Source: Lama guanicoe
Lineage: Eukaryota
Assembly: GCA_013239625.1 (NCBI GenBank)
Contig: MU054220.1
Coordinates: 3,969,374-4,029,373, forward strand
Direction: 5' to 3'
DNA length: 60,000 nucleotides
In this document: positions 10,451-23,169 of the stretch, piece after piece
Numbering within the stretch: the stretch's first letter is position 1
How the letters are laid out: each line of letters begins with the position of its first letter
Notes under the pieces: generated by a model
Database searches by the model: none
Told to the model about the DNA's origin: nothing
Seen by the model: only the letters and a program-made list of their open reading frames with translations
Translations under genes and position numbers: made by a program

Positions 10451-13400
10451 GTTACTGTCATGCTGCGCTGCCTGCAGGACTGAGGTTACAAATAATAGGT
10501 GACTAAATAAACTCGCCAAGGCCCAACTGACATCAATTGGGTTTCACAGCCCAGCCTCCAAACCCAACCAATTGAAGACACTCTGGAGAGTCACTAGGCA
10601 CCAGGGACCAGCTCACACACCCATCTCAGGGCCTGGCCACCTGGGGGCAGGCGTCTAACAAAGGGTTAACCTCTCAGTCAGGGCTGTGGTTCCTAAGGGA
10701 TGAAGGCTGGGTGCTGAGTGTGGGGAGGCTGGGCACTGGGTGTGGGCCCTTGGCAGGGTGATTAGGGAGAAGGAGGGGGACTCTAATCAGGGACCTCACA
10801 TGGCAGCAGTCATAGCACACCCTCCTCAGGCGCTGGGCCCAGGAAGGAAGACGTGGAGCAGACGAGCTGCCACCTCCTCCAAGCAGCCTTCCCAGAGCAT
10901 TCTCCTGCACAGATGCTCACAGAGCACCAGCTGGCAGCCCTAAATATTTCCGGATGAGTAGTTACGGTGGGTGTGGGACTCATGTGGGTTCAAACCCTGG
11001 CTCTGACCACCCCTCACTGCCACTTAGCTTTTCTGAGCCTCAGTTACCTCACTTGTAAAATGGGCTAATCCTTCCTACATCCAGGCTGTAGCACTCAGCA
11101 CCTTCTCAGGCCTAAGAGCTATTTTGGCTTTAGGGATATTTGACGGAAGAGAGACAGAGAAAGAAAGGGAGGCGAGTGAGACACAGTAAAGGCCACGTGC
11201 TGCACACACAGGTAACAGGATGCCCTCTCTCATGGGTCCTGGGGGAAAACACAGAGGAGATGGGGGAAGGGAGGAGGGCAGGGGCAGGTCTCTAACGCCA
11301 GGAATTTGGAGGTGGAGGGTTGGGGTGGAAGGGGGTCTTCCACCTGAGACCCCGCTAGAGGCCACTCAGCCCAGGGGTAGAAAAGAGCAGGGCAGGGCCT
11401 CTGGGGCCTCCCCTTCCCCGCCATCCTTCAGTCCCTCCTCCTCGCTTGTCCCCTCCCTTCTGTATATGTCCCTCTCTCTGTCAGAGGACTCCTCTGAGCC
11501 TTCCCCTCTGCCGGTCTCCCCCTGTTTCTGAGACCAGCGCTCAAGTCTCTCCCTCTCCCCATGTCCCGAGGGCCTCTAAGCATCCAGAGTGTCCAAGGCA
11601 CTCACCCTGGACAAGGCCCTGGGCACCTTGTTCCAGGGAGGAGCAGTCCAGGGGGACCCGTTTCTACAGTCAACTGCAGGGATCCAGGCCCTCCGAGGCT
11701 GTGAAGAAGGGCTGTACCTCCCACAGGGCAGGCAGAGCCCAAGCCCCCAGTTCCCAGAAAAGGGGGGAGGTGGCCATTTAAGCCTGGCCTGGCAACCCAG
11801 ACACCTGGAAGCTGGGGCAGGAAATTGGGCAACAGGAGCTCAGCACAGCCTGTCTGGGCTCCCGGTTCAGGGCTCTCAGGCCTCTTGGGTCCTCTGGGCT
11901 GGCTGAGGAGCGGGGCCTGGGTAGACTGGACTCAGCCAGGGTGGTCTTGGGCGTTAGCACCTGCTAGACCCTCCAGAGATGCTCTGGCTTCAGAAGTGCT
12001 TGGAGGGTGGGCAGAGGAAGACTGGTGGGGGAGGGAGTATTGGTCGGGAGGGAGGTGAAAAGAGAGGCAGGGAAGAGCGGGGAGGGGAGAGAGAGAGGCA
12101 GAGGCAGAGATAGGGAAAGACAGAGAATGGAAAGGTGAGAAGGACAGACAGATCACAGGTGGTGGGAGCCCCCCCTGCAGCCAGGGCTCCAATCCACAGA
12201 CCCGCTCTGGTCTCCATGGGAAGCCCCCAGGGAAGCCTAAGGCAAAATCCAACCAGGAGCGCAGGCCTTGCTGGCCCAGGCAGGACCTCACCCTGGCTTC
12301 CAGCCCAGCTCTGCCTCCCAGACTACTGCACATGCCCACCCTCACCCTCTACTGTAGCCAAGAGCCTTGCCTCTCCTTATAGCCTCCTGGATGGACCAGC
12401 CGCCCTCTAGGTCTTACCCACACTGCCCTCCCCCAACCAGCCATAAACCATGGCCCATCCCCTCCCCAGCCCATTCTTCTCAGCCGTGGCCTCCCTCAGA
12501 TTCTGGGAGCGCCAGGTGGTACCTGGACAGAACCCCCCAACACACACACATATCTCGTGGGGATTCCTGAGCAGGCTGGGTCTTTATCACCAGAAAGGGT
12601 GCTGAAGCCATTCACGGGCCCCAGGGGAGCTGAGGAGGGAGAGGGACTGGACCACAGCCAACATCACCTAAGCCAGAATGAGCACCCAGGTCCCAGATGG
12701 CCCCATGGAATTCCCCCAGCTACAGCCCTCAGAGCCCTGGGGAGGAAAGGCAAAAGCCCAGCCAGTTCCATACTATCTCACTCCTCCTCTGCAAACTTCA
12801 GCTTCCCTGTCTCTGCAGTGGGGATGCTCCCTCTGCCAGCCCCTAAAGTGGGGTCCTGCCACCCCAATCCTGGAGACAGAGGACTCCGCCGCCTCACCTC
12901 TCAACCTACGTCCTGCCCCCAATTCCAGGAGCACACCTGTCAAATTTTAGCCAAGAATTTGAGCACCCACTGAGATGAGCACCCACGGGGGATGAATAGA
13001 GAGGTTATGAGTCCCCACTGCGGACCTTGAAAAGTCTTTTTCGCTCTGGGATAACAACAGTCCATTCCTACCTACAGGGAAGTGTGAGCTTTGAGGACTG
13101 AAAACGCTCAAGCACAATAAAGAGAAGTATGGTGATTATTATCATCGTGAGAAGGTTCCGGGCCACATGGAGTTGGGAGGAGGGGGTGCACAGACAGACA
13201 GAAAGGGAAAGGAAAAGTGCTTGAGACTACTGGAAGGGGTCTGTGCCCCCAGTGAGCCTCAGGGGCCAGGCCTGGGGTTCCAGTTCTCAGCACAGGGACC
13301 TCTGGTGACACCACCTCGATCTCTGTCAGGCAGGACTTCGGACCTGGGCTGGCTCCCCTGGCTGCACAGGAAGAAAGGAGCCCAGAGAGATGGTGACACA

Positions 13401-13589
13401 GCACACCAGGCCCAGAGGCAAAAGCACACCAGCCTGCTGAGCCTCCCGATGTCCGGAGGGAAAGGGGACTGTATGCGTTGCAGTAGGAAAGCAGGTATGT
13501 AAATGGACTGAGTGTGACTGGACTCAACAGGACAGGGCCCTCAGCACTTTGCCTAGATCCCCCCACCCTCTACTCCTTCAGCTCTCCCA

Positions 13590-13710
13590 GGAAGCTCCGT
13601 GTGATCCTGAGCACGTGGGCCATATGCGTATGCCCCTTCCACAGATCGGGAAACTGAGGCTCAGGGAGATACCGAGCCAGGGTCACAACGTGGAACTGGC
13701 AGAGGCTGTC
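13590..13710 (-). mobile_element. MIR SINE fragment
   Basis: 'acagatcgggaaactgaggctcagggag...ggtcacaac'. Confidence 0.65.
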
Positions 13711-13969
13711 TGGAGCTGATTCTGTCCCTCTGCCCAATCCTCCCCGTTATCTGCCCAGAACACCCACTCGCTAGAGCAGATAGAGTTCAGGCCTTAGACC
13801 GAGGCTCAAGCAGACACCCATCCCTGCTTGAGGGGTTGGGTGGGTGGAGGGGGAATGAAATCCAAGCTGACTGCAGGCAAGGGGAGGAATGGGCACTACC
13901 TGAGGGCCTCGAACCCACCAGCCATCAGCTCCTCACACAAGCTTCACGGCGGTCAGTGAGGAAAGTAGC

Positions 13970-13975
13970 TTTATT
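13970..13975 (-). terminator. Candidate polyadenylation signal
   Basis: Minus strand AATAAA, CA ~13 nt downstream, then GU-rich gtgaagcttgtgtgagg; lies in unique sequence. Confidence 0.3.
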
Positions 13976-14739
13976 TTTAGAAAGAAGCCAGCGGTCACAG
14001 AAGAGAAGTAACCCTCTCAGGGTGGGAAGGTATGAGAGTCACAGGTCTGAGGCTGACCTTCAGGGGCTCAGCTGTTCCCAGCCCACACAGACCCAGCATC
14101 CTGAGCCCTGCCGGCCTGGCAGACCCCCAGGGGCCTGGGCCCACAGCAGCCCCCGTCCCTGCTCTCCTTGGTGAGTTAACTAACTGTGTCAGCTAGTTCA
14201 CCCGCTGGACAGAACCCGAGACAGCTGAGTTGGCTTGGCCACAGCACCAAGGTTTCCAAGAGGGAAGAAAGTGGCTGGAGCTGGGTCTGGAAGGATGAGA
14301 AAGACTCAGATCAGGAGACAAGGGAGGAGGTGAGGGTACAGGCAGAACAACAGGGCAGGGGCACCGACGCCTGAAAGTCTGGAAAATTCTGTACCATGCA
14401 TTTGGAAGGCAGGCACAGTCCTCAGGGGAACCAGGGGCTGAGGTGGAGGGTGACCTGGGCCAGATCCCACCTCCCCCCACCACCAGGAACTTCAAATGCC
14501 CTGGCCTGGGAAGGAGCCAGTAATAGGGACAGACTGGACCACCCTATCTTCCCTCCCCAGAGGGAGGATTTCTGGCTAGCCTTTCCTGGAGTCCTGGGCC
14601 CCTGGCACCCAAGAGCCACTAGTCCAACTAAGAGTCCCAATTCTGAGCTGAGAAGAAAGAGGAGCCCAGAGTTCTCCCTCCTTACTTAGGATGCAGCTTT
14701 TGGTGATGAACCAAGCTCAGGATGGCGAGCGAAGACAAC

Positions 14740-14930
14740 ACGGGTTCAAGTCCTGCCTCTAGCCCCTCCTTAGCTGTAGGATCCTGAGCATGTCACTCGC
14801 AGCCTCTGTCATCTGTAAAGTGGGCTCAGTAATAATACCTTCCTTGTCTGTTTCACAAGTAGGCTTGCAGGACTAAGGCTGTGAGAAAATGTCCACTGCT
14901 AAAAGCTATAAAGCGTAAGATATCATTATG
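14740..14930 (+). mobile_element. MIR SINE
   Basis: 'gggttcaagtcctgcctct...catctgtaaagtgggctcagtaataatacct'. Confidence 0.7.
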
Positions 14931-15184
14931 AGAAATGAGGGCTTGGGGGACCTGTGTGAGTCAGGATCACACAGCCAGGTGGCAGCCAAGCATGATCTAA
15001 ACTGAGTCTCTTGTTGGCTAGGCCAGGGCCCTCCTCCCACTGCAAGACCCTGAATCCCAGGGGAGCCCCGCCCCTTGGGCTGGCCCTCTTTGAGTGAGTG
15101 GTGGATGGAGCACAGTTTGTCTTCCCCACATCCCAGCTCCTTTGGTCCAGGATCCATTGCGACTCCAGACCCAGGGATGCCCGG

Positions 15185-15390
15185 ACATGGAGTTTGGGAT
15201 TAAAAGCCCAGCTCTGCCCTCCTTCAGCTGTGACCTTGGGCAAGTCGTTTCAGCTCCAGGAGCCTCCGTTTCCTTATCTGTAAGTGGGAGGTGATGATAA
15301 CCTCTCCTGGCGAAGGCGCTGGGAAGAGGATGACTTGACATCATGGTTGCACAGTGCCCGGGGCTGGGCCTGGCACACATCAGATGCTCG
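15185..15390 (+). mobile_element. MIR SINE
   Basis: 'agctgtgaccttgggcaagtcg...tttccttatctgtaagtggg'. Confidence 0.75.
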
Positions 15391-16046
15391 ACAGGTGAGG
15401 GTTCTCTTCTTTCCCTCTGCTGTGCCTGCCAGATAGCACCCAGGCTTAACTGGGAAAAGTTTCCAGCCTCCCGGAAAACTGGCCCAGAACAATGACCAGG
15501 AACATAAACTGGCTGGAGAACACTAGATCCTGGAAGATCAGGTTACTGAATGGTTAATGGAAGTAAAAAGTAGAGCAAGACCCTGGCTCAGAGACAGTGT
15601 AGGGGAACCTGCCATCCCAGCCCCCTCACTTGGAGTCCCCTGGGCAGGCACAGTGTTCAGGGAACCTCTGATCCTGCACCACACCTGCATGGGGGAATCC
15701 CAGGGAGCGTGCATGTGTGTGAGGGGATTCAGGAGGAGCAGGGAGAGGTGACAAGGCCAGGAGTCTTGTATTAGTGCTCCTCCCAGCTTTTAGGTCATCC
15801 TTGGACATATCAGATCACCTGCCAGAGCCTCAGTCTTCATTTCTGTAAATGGGGGTGGTGGTAATTGTCTTATTCTTTTGCACTTATCTAACAGCACATA
15901 CTAGAGAAAAGGTGATGAGGTGGGTGTGGGGAAAGGTGAGTTCAGACCTCACATAAGCCTTTATTAAACAAGGCAAGGCTCCTACTGTCAGCATTCCTAG
16001 GAGCTGAAATTCACCACACAGCCTGTCCTGCCCCAATCCACTCCTG

Positions 16047-16225
16047 CACTGGTTCTCAAAGTGGGGTCCCAGACCAAGAGCAGCAGCATCTCCTGGAGAC
16101 ATGTTAGCAACACACATTCCCAGGCTGCACCCTAGACCAATGGAAACACAAACTCTTGGGGTATAAGCTGTGTTTTAACAAATGCTCAGGAGACTCTGAT
16201 GTATGTCAGAGTTAGAACCATTACA
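16047..16225. mobile_element. MER5A hAT element
   Basis: 'ctggttctcaaagtggggtccc...gcagcagcatctcctgg...gttttaacaaatgctcaggagactctgatg'. Confidence 0.8.
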
Positions 16226-16477
16226 CCACCCCGTAAGCCCCCCTCCTACTCCAGAGAAACTTCTTCCCACAGATTCATCTTCCCACTCCCTGGCTCCCAG
16301 AAGGCTGCTGGGGAGGAAGGAGTCACCATGGAGAGAGGTCATTAAATAGTAAAGATCCCATGATTAGTTAATGACACTACAGGCTCCCGGAGAGGAGGAG
16401 GGTCAAAAGTCAGACTGAAGTTGAAGAGTAAAATCTCCTCCATATCTGTCTATCTTTCTCTTTCTGTCTGACTCTTA

Positions 16478-16500
16478 ACACACACACACACACACACACA
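16478..16500. repeat. (CA)n microsatellite
   Basis: Directly visible. Confidence 0.95.
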
Positions 16501-16669
16501 GAGGCCCCAAGGTTTTGCCCTCTTCCTTCTGTGAGTTTGCTAACTGACACTGAGAGACAGCGCCTCTCCCCCCAGGAGGTGGAGCTGAATGTGGGGGTAC
16601 ATTCTGGTTGGTATCTGGGAAAGGGCTTCTCCAGGAGAATTTGGCCCCCAGACCTGGAGTTTAAGAACC

Positions 16670-17115
16670 ATCTGACTGGGAAGCCACTTCTAAGAATTTA
16701 GTCTGTGGCGACCATTAAAGTGGAACACAAAACAGACATATGGACAAGGTGGTCACTATAGCAATGTGGGTACTAATGAAAAATGCAAAACAGCCTCAAT
16801 GTGCAACAGCAGGGGAATGTTTAAGTGGGTCATGGCAGATCTGTGTGGTGCGATACTATGGAGCTGGGAAACCCGTCGTGGAAGAATATCAAATAACATG
16901 GAAAAACCCTCCGTCCACGCTGTTAACCTAAAAGCGGCAGCACAGGAAGTGGTTCATATGGTATGATCCCAATCGTGTGTGTGTGTGTGTGTGTATACAC
17001 CAGACTGTTCACAGTACTTATCTCTGAGCTGTTATTTCCTCCTTTGCATCTGTTCTTCACCCTCCAACTTTTTCCATGAGACTATTTCTTTGATAATTAG
17101 GAGTTTTTTTCTTTT
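16670..17115 (+). mobile_element. Old L1 (L1ME-type) 3' end fragment with internal (TG)n
   Basis: 'ccacttctaagaatttag', 'acagcctcaatgtgcaacagcaggggaatgtttaagt', 'gtatgatccc'. Confidence 0.7.
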
Positions 17116-17769
17116 TTTTAAAGGGCCCATTGGTTCAGATGGAGAGGAAAGCTTTTAAAAAGTTGCCAGAATGCCTCTTCCCTACGTCAGAATCACTGGC
17201 CTGGGGGCAGCAGGGGGTACCACAAGGGAGCCTTGGTCCCCCCAGGTGGTGTTCACACTCTGCATGGTCGCCATGTGGTCTCCATGAGCATGATCAGGAC
17301 CAACAAGTAGGAGTGAGGGTGGGTTTACTCAAATCCTATGCCGTATTCTTTGAGTCACATCTGCCCAGAGATGAAAGGCAGTGAACTCTCCAAGCCTTGG
17401 GGTGTGCAAGCAAAGGCTGAATGTTGTTCATGGGATCAGACTAGGTAGGCAGGTGGACTCAATGAACTATAATGCTGCTCACAAGACCATGATCTTGTGA
17501 ATCTAGTCACAGGCTCCCAACTTTGCCCTCAACTCTAAGCCAAACGTACCCAGGTCAAGGCTGGGCTCAGACAGTCTGATCAAGGAATAAGTCCATAGAG
17601 GCCTCAGGTATTCCTGACCCCTAGATCTGCAAATGGCCCTAAAAAGCTCTTTCACTCCAGATCAGGGACCTCCCTCTTTGGGGAGGAGGATGCTGTCACT
17701 TCCCCAAAGGGATGGCAGGAGCAGCCTTCATTCATCACTATCACCTTTATCATCCTCTGGCTTATATGG

Positions 17770-17950
17770 GGGGTTCATTCAGTGCTGGGCCCACCATGAA
17801 GCATTTTATCCACAATCATTATCTCATTTAATCTTCACCAAAAGCAGGGAGAGAGGTGCCATTATCATTCTCCATCTCATGGATAAGGAAACCAGGGCTC
17901 CAAGAGGCTGAGAAATTGTCCAAAGATGAGTAGATAGTGGGAGAAAGAGC
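17770..17950 (-). mobile_element. MIR SINE
   Basis: 'atctcatttaatcttcacc...attatcattctccatctcatggataaggaaacc'. Confidence 0.7.
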
Positions 17951-18508
17951 TGGCCCCTACTGAGGTCTGGGCAACATCAAGGCCTGAGGACTTTGAAGAA
18001 GTCTAAGCTAAGCACGACCCCAGTGGTCCCCTACACAGCCTGCCCAGCATGGATTTCTGATATGCACCCGAGAAGCATGGCACCACGCTATACAGTCCTG
18101 GTAAAAGGGGAGCCACCAGACGCTGCCAGAGAGGGTGTGGGGTGGAGAGAAAGGGGACTGGAGGGGCATTGGAGAACTTCTAAGACACAGCCTCTGGCCC
18201 CAGTTATTCCTCTGCTGTGAGTTCACAGAGGCCAGGGGTCAGGGAGGTGGCTTGTCTATGTGACCGACAGTGACCTAGTGCCTTGCCACCCACTCACTTG
18301 CAGCGGGACCTCAGACAATCAATCCTCCCCCGCCCCCACTGAGTTTCTATTTTTCTCTCTGCCTGAGGATGTCTCATCTCCCATTGCAAACAACATTCTA
18401 ACATTCCATCTCCTAAGATGGTGAATGGAAGCGTGATTTTTCCAACTTTAGTAGTAGAATTACTCATCGCTATCATTATTGTTAGCAACGTCAAATTAAC
18501 ATGTACTG

Positions 18509-18567
18509 AGTGCCTGAGTACCAGGCATCACTGGAAGTGCCTGAGTACCAAGCATCATTGAGAGTGC
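18509..18567. repeat. 27-bp tandem repeat, ~2.2 copies
   Basis: agtgcctgagtaccaggcatcactgga / agtgcctgagtaccaagcatcattgag / agtgc. Confidence 0.9.
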
Positions 18568-19924
18568 ACAGTAGGTATGTGGGGGAACACACATTCCTCT
18601 CTCCACCTGTTTCCCTCACAAGGGACCTCAACGGGAGAAATACATCAGGCCTCCCTCTGCTCCCTTCTTCAGTTCACACCAGGAGCCCAGCAGTAGCTCA
18701 TCTGATTGGTTCATCTGGGAGACGTACTGGGCATGCTCAGCGGGGCCCCGCCTCTCACTGAGCAAGGCTGCCTGCAGGGAGCGGTCCATCTGGGCTGCTC
18801 CCCTGCTTACTACCAGCTCCTGCAGGGAGGCTGGCTCCTGTTCAGCACTGCCTGTGACCGGACGGGTAACTCTGCCAGTTCCAGGGCAGACGGTTAGCAA
18901 GTCCTCTGGGCAATGGATCTAAAGCCACGTCCTCTGGGCTTCCTTTGGCGCGCCATCTTTGTCAACAGTTCTTTTCACTTGGTTCCAAATTTAGCAGAAG
19001 AGGGCTTCCCTCTAAAACTTCCACAAGTGTGAGGCTCCTTTAATCCTCACAGCACGCCTCAGAGTTAGGTATTATTATTACCTCTAATTTACATGTGAGG
19101 AAAGTAAGCCCTTTGGTGTCAAGGATTGCTGAAAAGCTTTCCAAACACCAGGCAGCACTCAGGGTGGGTCCACCATGATGGAAGCTGTATTCATATCTGA
19201 CTCTAGTCTCCCTCCATAGACACTCCCTCAGTCTTTTGAGGCTCGACAAATTGATACTCACTTCAAACCAACACCCCATCCCCTTTTGAAATAAATATGA
19301 TTATTAGCAACAACAAAAAACTCGATATGATCCCAAGCTCATATAATACATTTTTGTTTAAATATGTATAGTAAGCTTTTTGATACCTTTATTGTATAAG
19401 TGTATAAAAATAACAGGGGCTCACTGCAGAAGATTCAAAAAACAGGGAAAAAAAATAAAAATAATAAAGATCTGTAATCTGATCTAGCTAATCCCATTAT
19501 TAGGTGTATATTTAAGTGTATTCATCTACTTCTTGGCCTTGTTGAGTGCAGTTGCTGGGGAGTGCTCAGCCATTCTGTGTCTGCAGTGCCTCCATGGCAG
19601 TGTGAGGACCTGCCCACCTACTGTGGTCGTCTCAGTGCAGAAGAGGCTAGGCACCCAGCAGTCCTTTCTCTGAACAAAACCCTGCAATTCTCCGCTGTGA
19701 TACTACACATATGTCTCTTAGCAAAGTCAAGTGCAGCAAATGCAAGATAATAGAGTTTTGCAGCCCAGGAAGGGCTTTAACTTGCCTAAGGTCACATGGC
19801 AAGTAAAGAATGAGCTGGGATCAGAACCCAGGTCTTTGGATTCCCAGACTCAAGCTGTTCACCAAGCTTTCCTGCCCCCAAAGACGTAAATCCTGCTTCC
19901 TATTAATGACAGCAACCCCACCCC

Positions 19925-20165
19925 AAAGAGCTGGTACATGTAAAGCACTTACTACATGCCAGGCACACGTCATAAATGCTTCACAGACATTAATTCAAAT
20001 CATTCTCAAACAACCTTATGAGGTAAGTAGTATTACCATCTCCATGTTAGAAGCTAAAACTGATGTGCAGAGGGGTTAAGACACTCAGCAGGGTCACACC
20101 GAGCAGGTGAATAGCAGAGGTAGAAATGATCATCCTCAGGCAGTTTGACGCCACAGTCCATGACA
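19925..20165 (-). mobile_element. MIR SINE
   Basis: 'agcacttactacatgccaggcac...caaccttatgaggtaagtagtattacc'. Confidence 0.8.
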
Positions 20166-20974
20166 TTGCCTATGGTTCCTTCCCTACTGTCCTGGGGGAA
20201 GGCCAGCTGGACCCCAGGCAGGCTTCCGCAGCATTTGCTGCCTGAAGAGTAAGAAAAATAGCCTGGAGTGGTCACCCTCGTGGACCAGGTCACTCTGCAA
20301 CTTCACAGCAGAGCCAGGAGTTGAACCCAGGCTTCCTAACACCCAGGCTCCAGCACTTCGTCCACTTTCTGCATGGGTCCTATAAGCCTAGCTCCAGAGT
20401 TCTCAGCAACTCCCATCCCAGATCACCCAGCACAGCAGGGAAGGTCAGAGTGGGGCCCAAAGAAGGGGCGGAAGTCCCCACTGGCGACAAAGAAGCCAGA
20501 GGGGAGAGTGGAGATACCTCCCAGAGCTGCCCACCTGGTGATCGCCAGGGATACTGTTAGGGGTGGGCCTCCTGGAGGGCATCTTCCCACCCCCCAGCCT
20601 AAACCCACGTCTCACAGGGCAGGAGCACCTTCCGCGAATAACTGCTGACTTGAAGGTGCCTTTGCTGGCTGAGTCAGGGCTCACTAAGGGCCAGAGAGGC
20701 CCCTCCCTAAGCTGGGGCTGGAGGAAGTCGGGTTCTTCCCCTCTCAGGAGGGGAAAGGCCAGGTCTCACAGGGGAAGTCAAAGCCTGGACTGAAGCCATC
20801 CCAGGCCAGCCAGATCATTCCCACTTCCCTGGACCCCAGTTCCAGGCATGAGCAGGTAGGCCTGAAGGGCAAGGTGAGGGCATCCAGCCCCTGCTTCCTG
20901 GCTCTGCTTTTGTCACGAAGTCATTGAGGATCTGGCTCCGAGCTGGGTCCTACTGGGCCACCCTGAGGAGAATC

Positions 20975-21130
20975 ACTTATTCATTCAACCATCATTTCCT
21001 GAACACTTGCTGTGGGCCAGGGCTTGTGCCAGGAGTCAGGATACAGAGATGGACAGAGCAGTCCCTGGCTGGCAGGATTCAGAGAGACACTCCATATGCC
21101 ACAAACAGCAGCAAAGAGGCAAGTGCTCGG
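20975..21130 (-). mobile_element. L2 3' end
   Basis: 'tattcattcaaccatcatttcctgaacacttgctgtgggccagg'. Confidence 0.7.
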
Positions 21131-21419
21131 TGTAGACAGCACAGAGGAAAGAGAGGAAGGGAAAGGAGGGGGTTTGGAGAAAGTCTGCCTTTGACATACA
21201 AACCAACTTCCCCTCAGGAAGCTTAGAGTCACCCTGGGGAGACCCAGCCACCCCCAGGAAGAGGACCACATGGGCGGAAATGACTAGTGTCTTGGGGCAT
21301 ACGCACACTTACGCTGAAGAGGCACAGAGGGCCCAGACAGAAGGTTCCTGGAGGCCTGAGCAGCAGCCTGGTACAAGCCTTGAAAGACTGGCTAGATGCA
21401 GAAAATAATATTCATGGCA

Positions 21420-21650
21420 GCAGCTCTCATTTACGGACGGTTCACCATGCGTAGATGTAAAATTGCTAAGTAAGTGCTTCGCATGCACTTTTTTGTTTTA
21501 ACCTCATGGGACCATGTCACTGTGTGAAGTAGTTACCATTATTATCCCCAATTTATAGATTATGAAACTGAGGCTCAGAAAGGGGCACATAGCTGAGAAT
21601 GGGCAGGGGCAAGATTTCTGCTCCAAGTCCAACTCTTGACCCCATACTGT
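21420..21650 (-). mobile_element. MIR SINE
   Basis: 'attattatccccaatttatagattatgaaactgaggctcagaaag'. Confidence 0.8.
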
Positions 21651-23169
21651 ACCATTTCCCTAATCTGCGGACAGGCCGAAGGTAGGTGAGGGTGCTTCAG
21701 GTAAGGGGTAGGCAAGGTTAGGAGGAGGAAACAATTATTGTATGTTTGAGAGGAGTCGCCTAGTTCCAGGGTCTCTGTATTGAGACCTTGTGGGGTATGT
21801 GTGTGTATGTGTGTACTTATATGTGCCCTGCTTTATAAATGACAGATCCCAGGTTACAGAACCCCCTGAGAGCCAAGTACAGAATAGGCCATTAGCAGAG
21901 CAGGGAAAGAAAGCCCAGAGAGGAGACAGAATTTATGAAAGGTCACACAGCCTATAAACAGAAGAGCTGAAACTAAATCTAAGAACCAGCATACAGGCCT
22001 CTTCCCTCCCCTCAGCTGCTTCTCCATGTCAGCACAGAGTGAATCAGCTGCTGACAGGAAAACCACGGTGTAGGGGGAACCCCAGGGGTGAGTCAGGAAC
22101 CAGCCAGCCCCCAGACACCAGCTGGGCCCATCACAGAGGCCCTGGGCCTGTGGTTGGCCTCCTCGCAGGCAGCATCAGGGGGCGAGGGGAAGAGGGAAGC
22201 AGGCATAGCATGCCGCTCAGCCCATGTTTACCTCTGGGCTTCCCTCCTGCTCCCCAGACCCAGGCTTAGAGGAGGGAAGCGGGTGGGCAGGGCAGTTCCT
22301 GCTGAGATTAAACCGGCGCCCCGACTCCTAGCCCCGGCCTGTCCCACAGAGGGGCCCAGGCTCGTCCCTCTTGCCCGCCTCTCACAGAGCCAACTCCTGA
22401 CTGTTGTTTCTCCTGGTGAAATCATAGCTGCCCCTTGAGCTTCCCATGGGGTGGAGGAAGTGGGTTTAAAGGTGTGGAGTAGGGGGTTAAGGCCAAGCCA
22501 AAACCAGGGGGTGCCAGCTGGCCCCAGATGCTCCAAATTGAAAGGGATGCTCAGGGCTTGGGGTCACTCAGCCTTGTGCCGGGAAGGGGCTGTCTGGTCC
22601 TCAAGGGGTAGCAGGGGCTGGGTCCCCAGGGTTGGTAGGAATTGGGGGAGAGGAGCTTCCAGGCAATGGTTCAAAAGTCTGAAGTCTCAAGAGAGAGGGG
22701 ACTGCCCCACATTGTAGAAACTTCAGAGGAGCCCGGGAGGAGCCAAAAATCTGCCCGTACCCATGTGGGAAACTTGTGCCCCTACTGGTTAACCTCTTAT
22801 CCTGGCCCTCCTTGGGCTGGGACTAAGAGGGGAGAGCTCCAAGTCCTTCTTCCCAGCAACCCTGCTCTCCAATCACACCCCTCTCCCAGGCCCTCGACTG
22901 GCTCAGGTTCCCTCCATTTGGCCCAGATGCCTCCCTGTCCTGGGTAAAAACAGAGCCTTCTGGGTGGCTCCCTCACTATCACTCTGTAGCACTCATCACC
23001 CTCCCCAGCACACATCCACCCAATCCAGCCATCTTCCTGAGCACCTGCTATGTACCAGGGTCTAGGCTGGGTGAGGGATAGGAAGAAACATGGGGCACAC
23101 ACTGGGACACTTGCTACATTGCCCTTCCAACAGTGCCTTTCCTATCCCCCAGCTGTAGACAATCCCAAA

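Noticed and set aside
18509..18567. CRISPR-like repeat
   Set aside because: Mammalian DNA; adjacent copies without spacers; no cas genes
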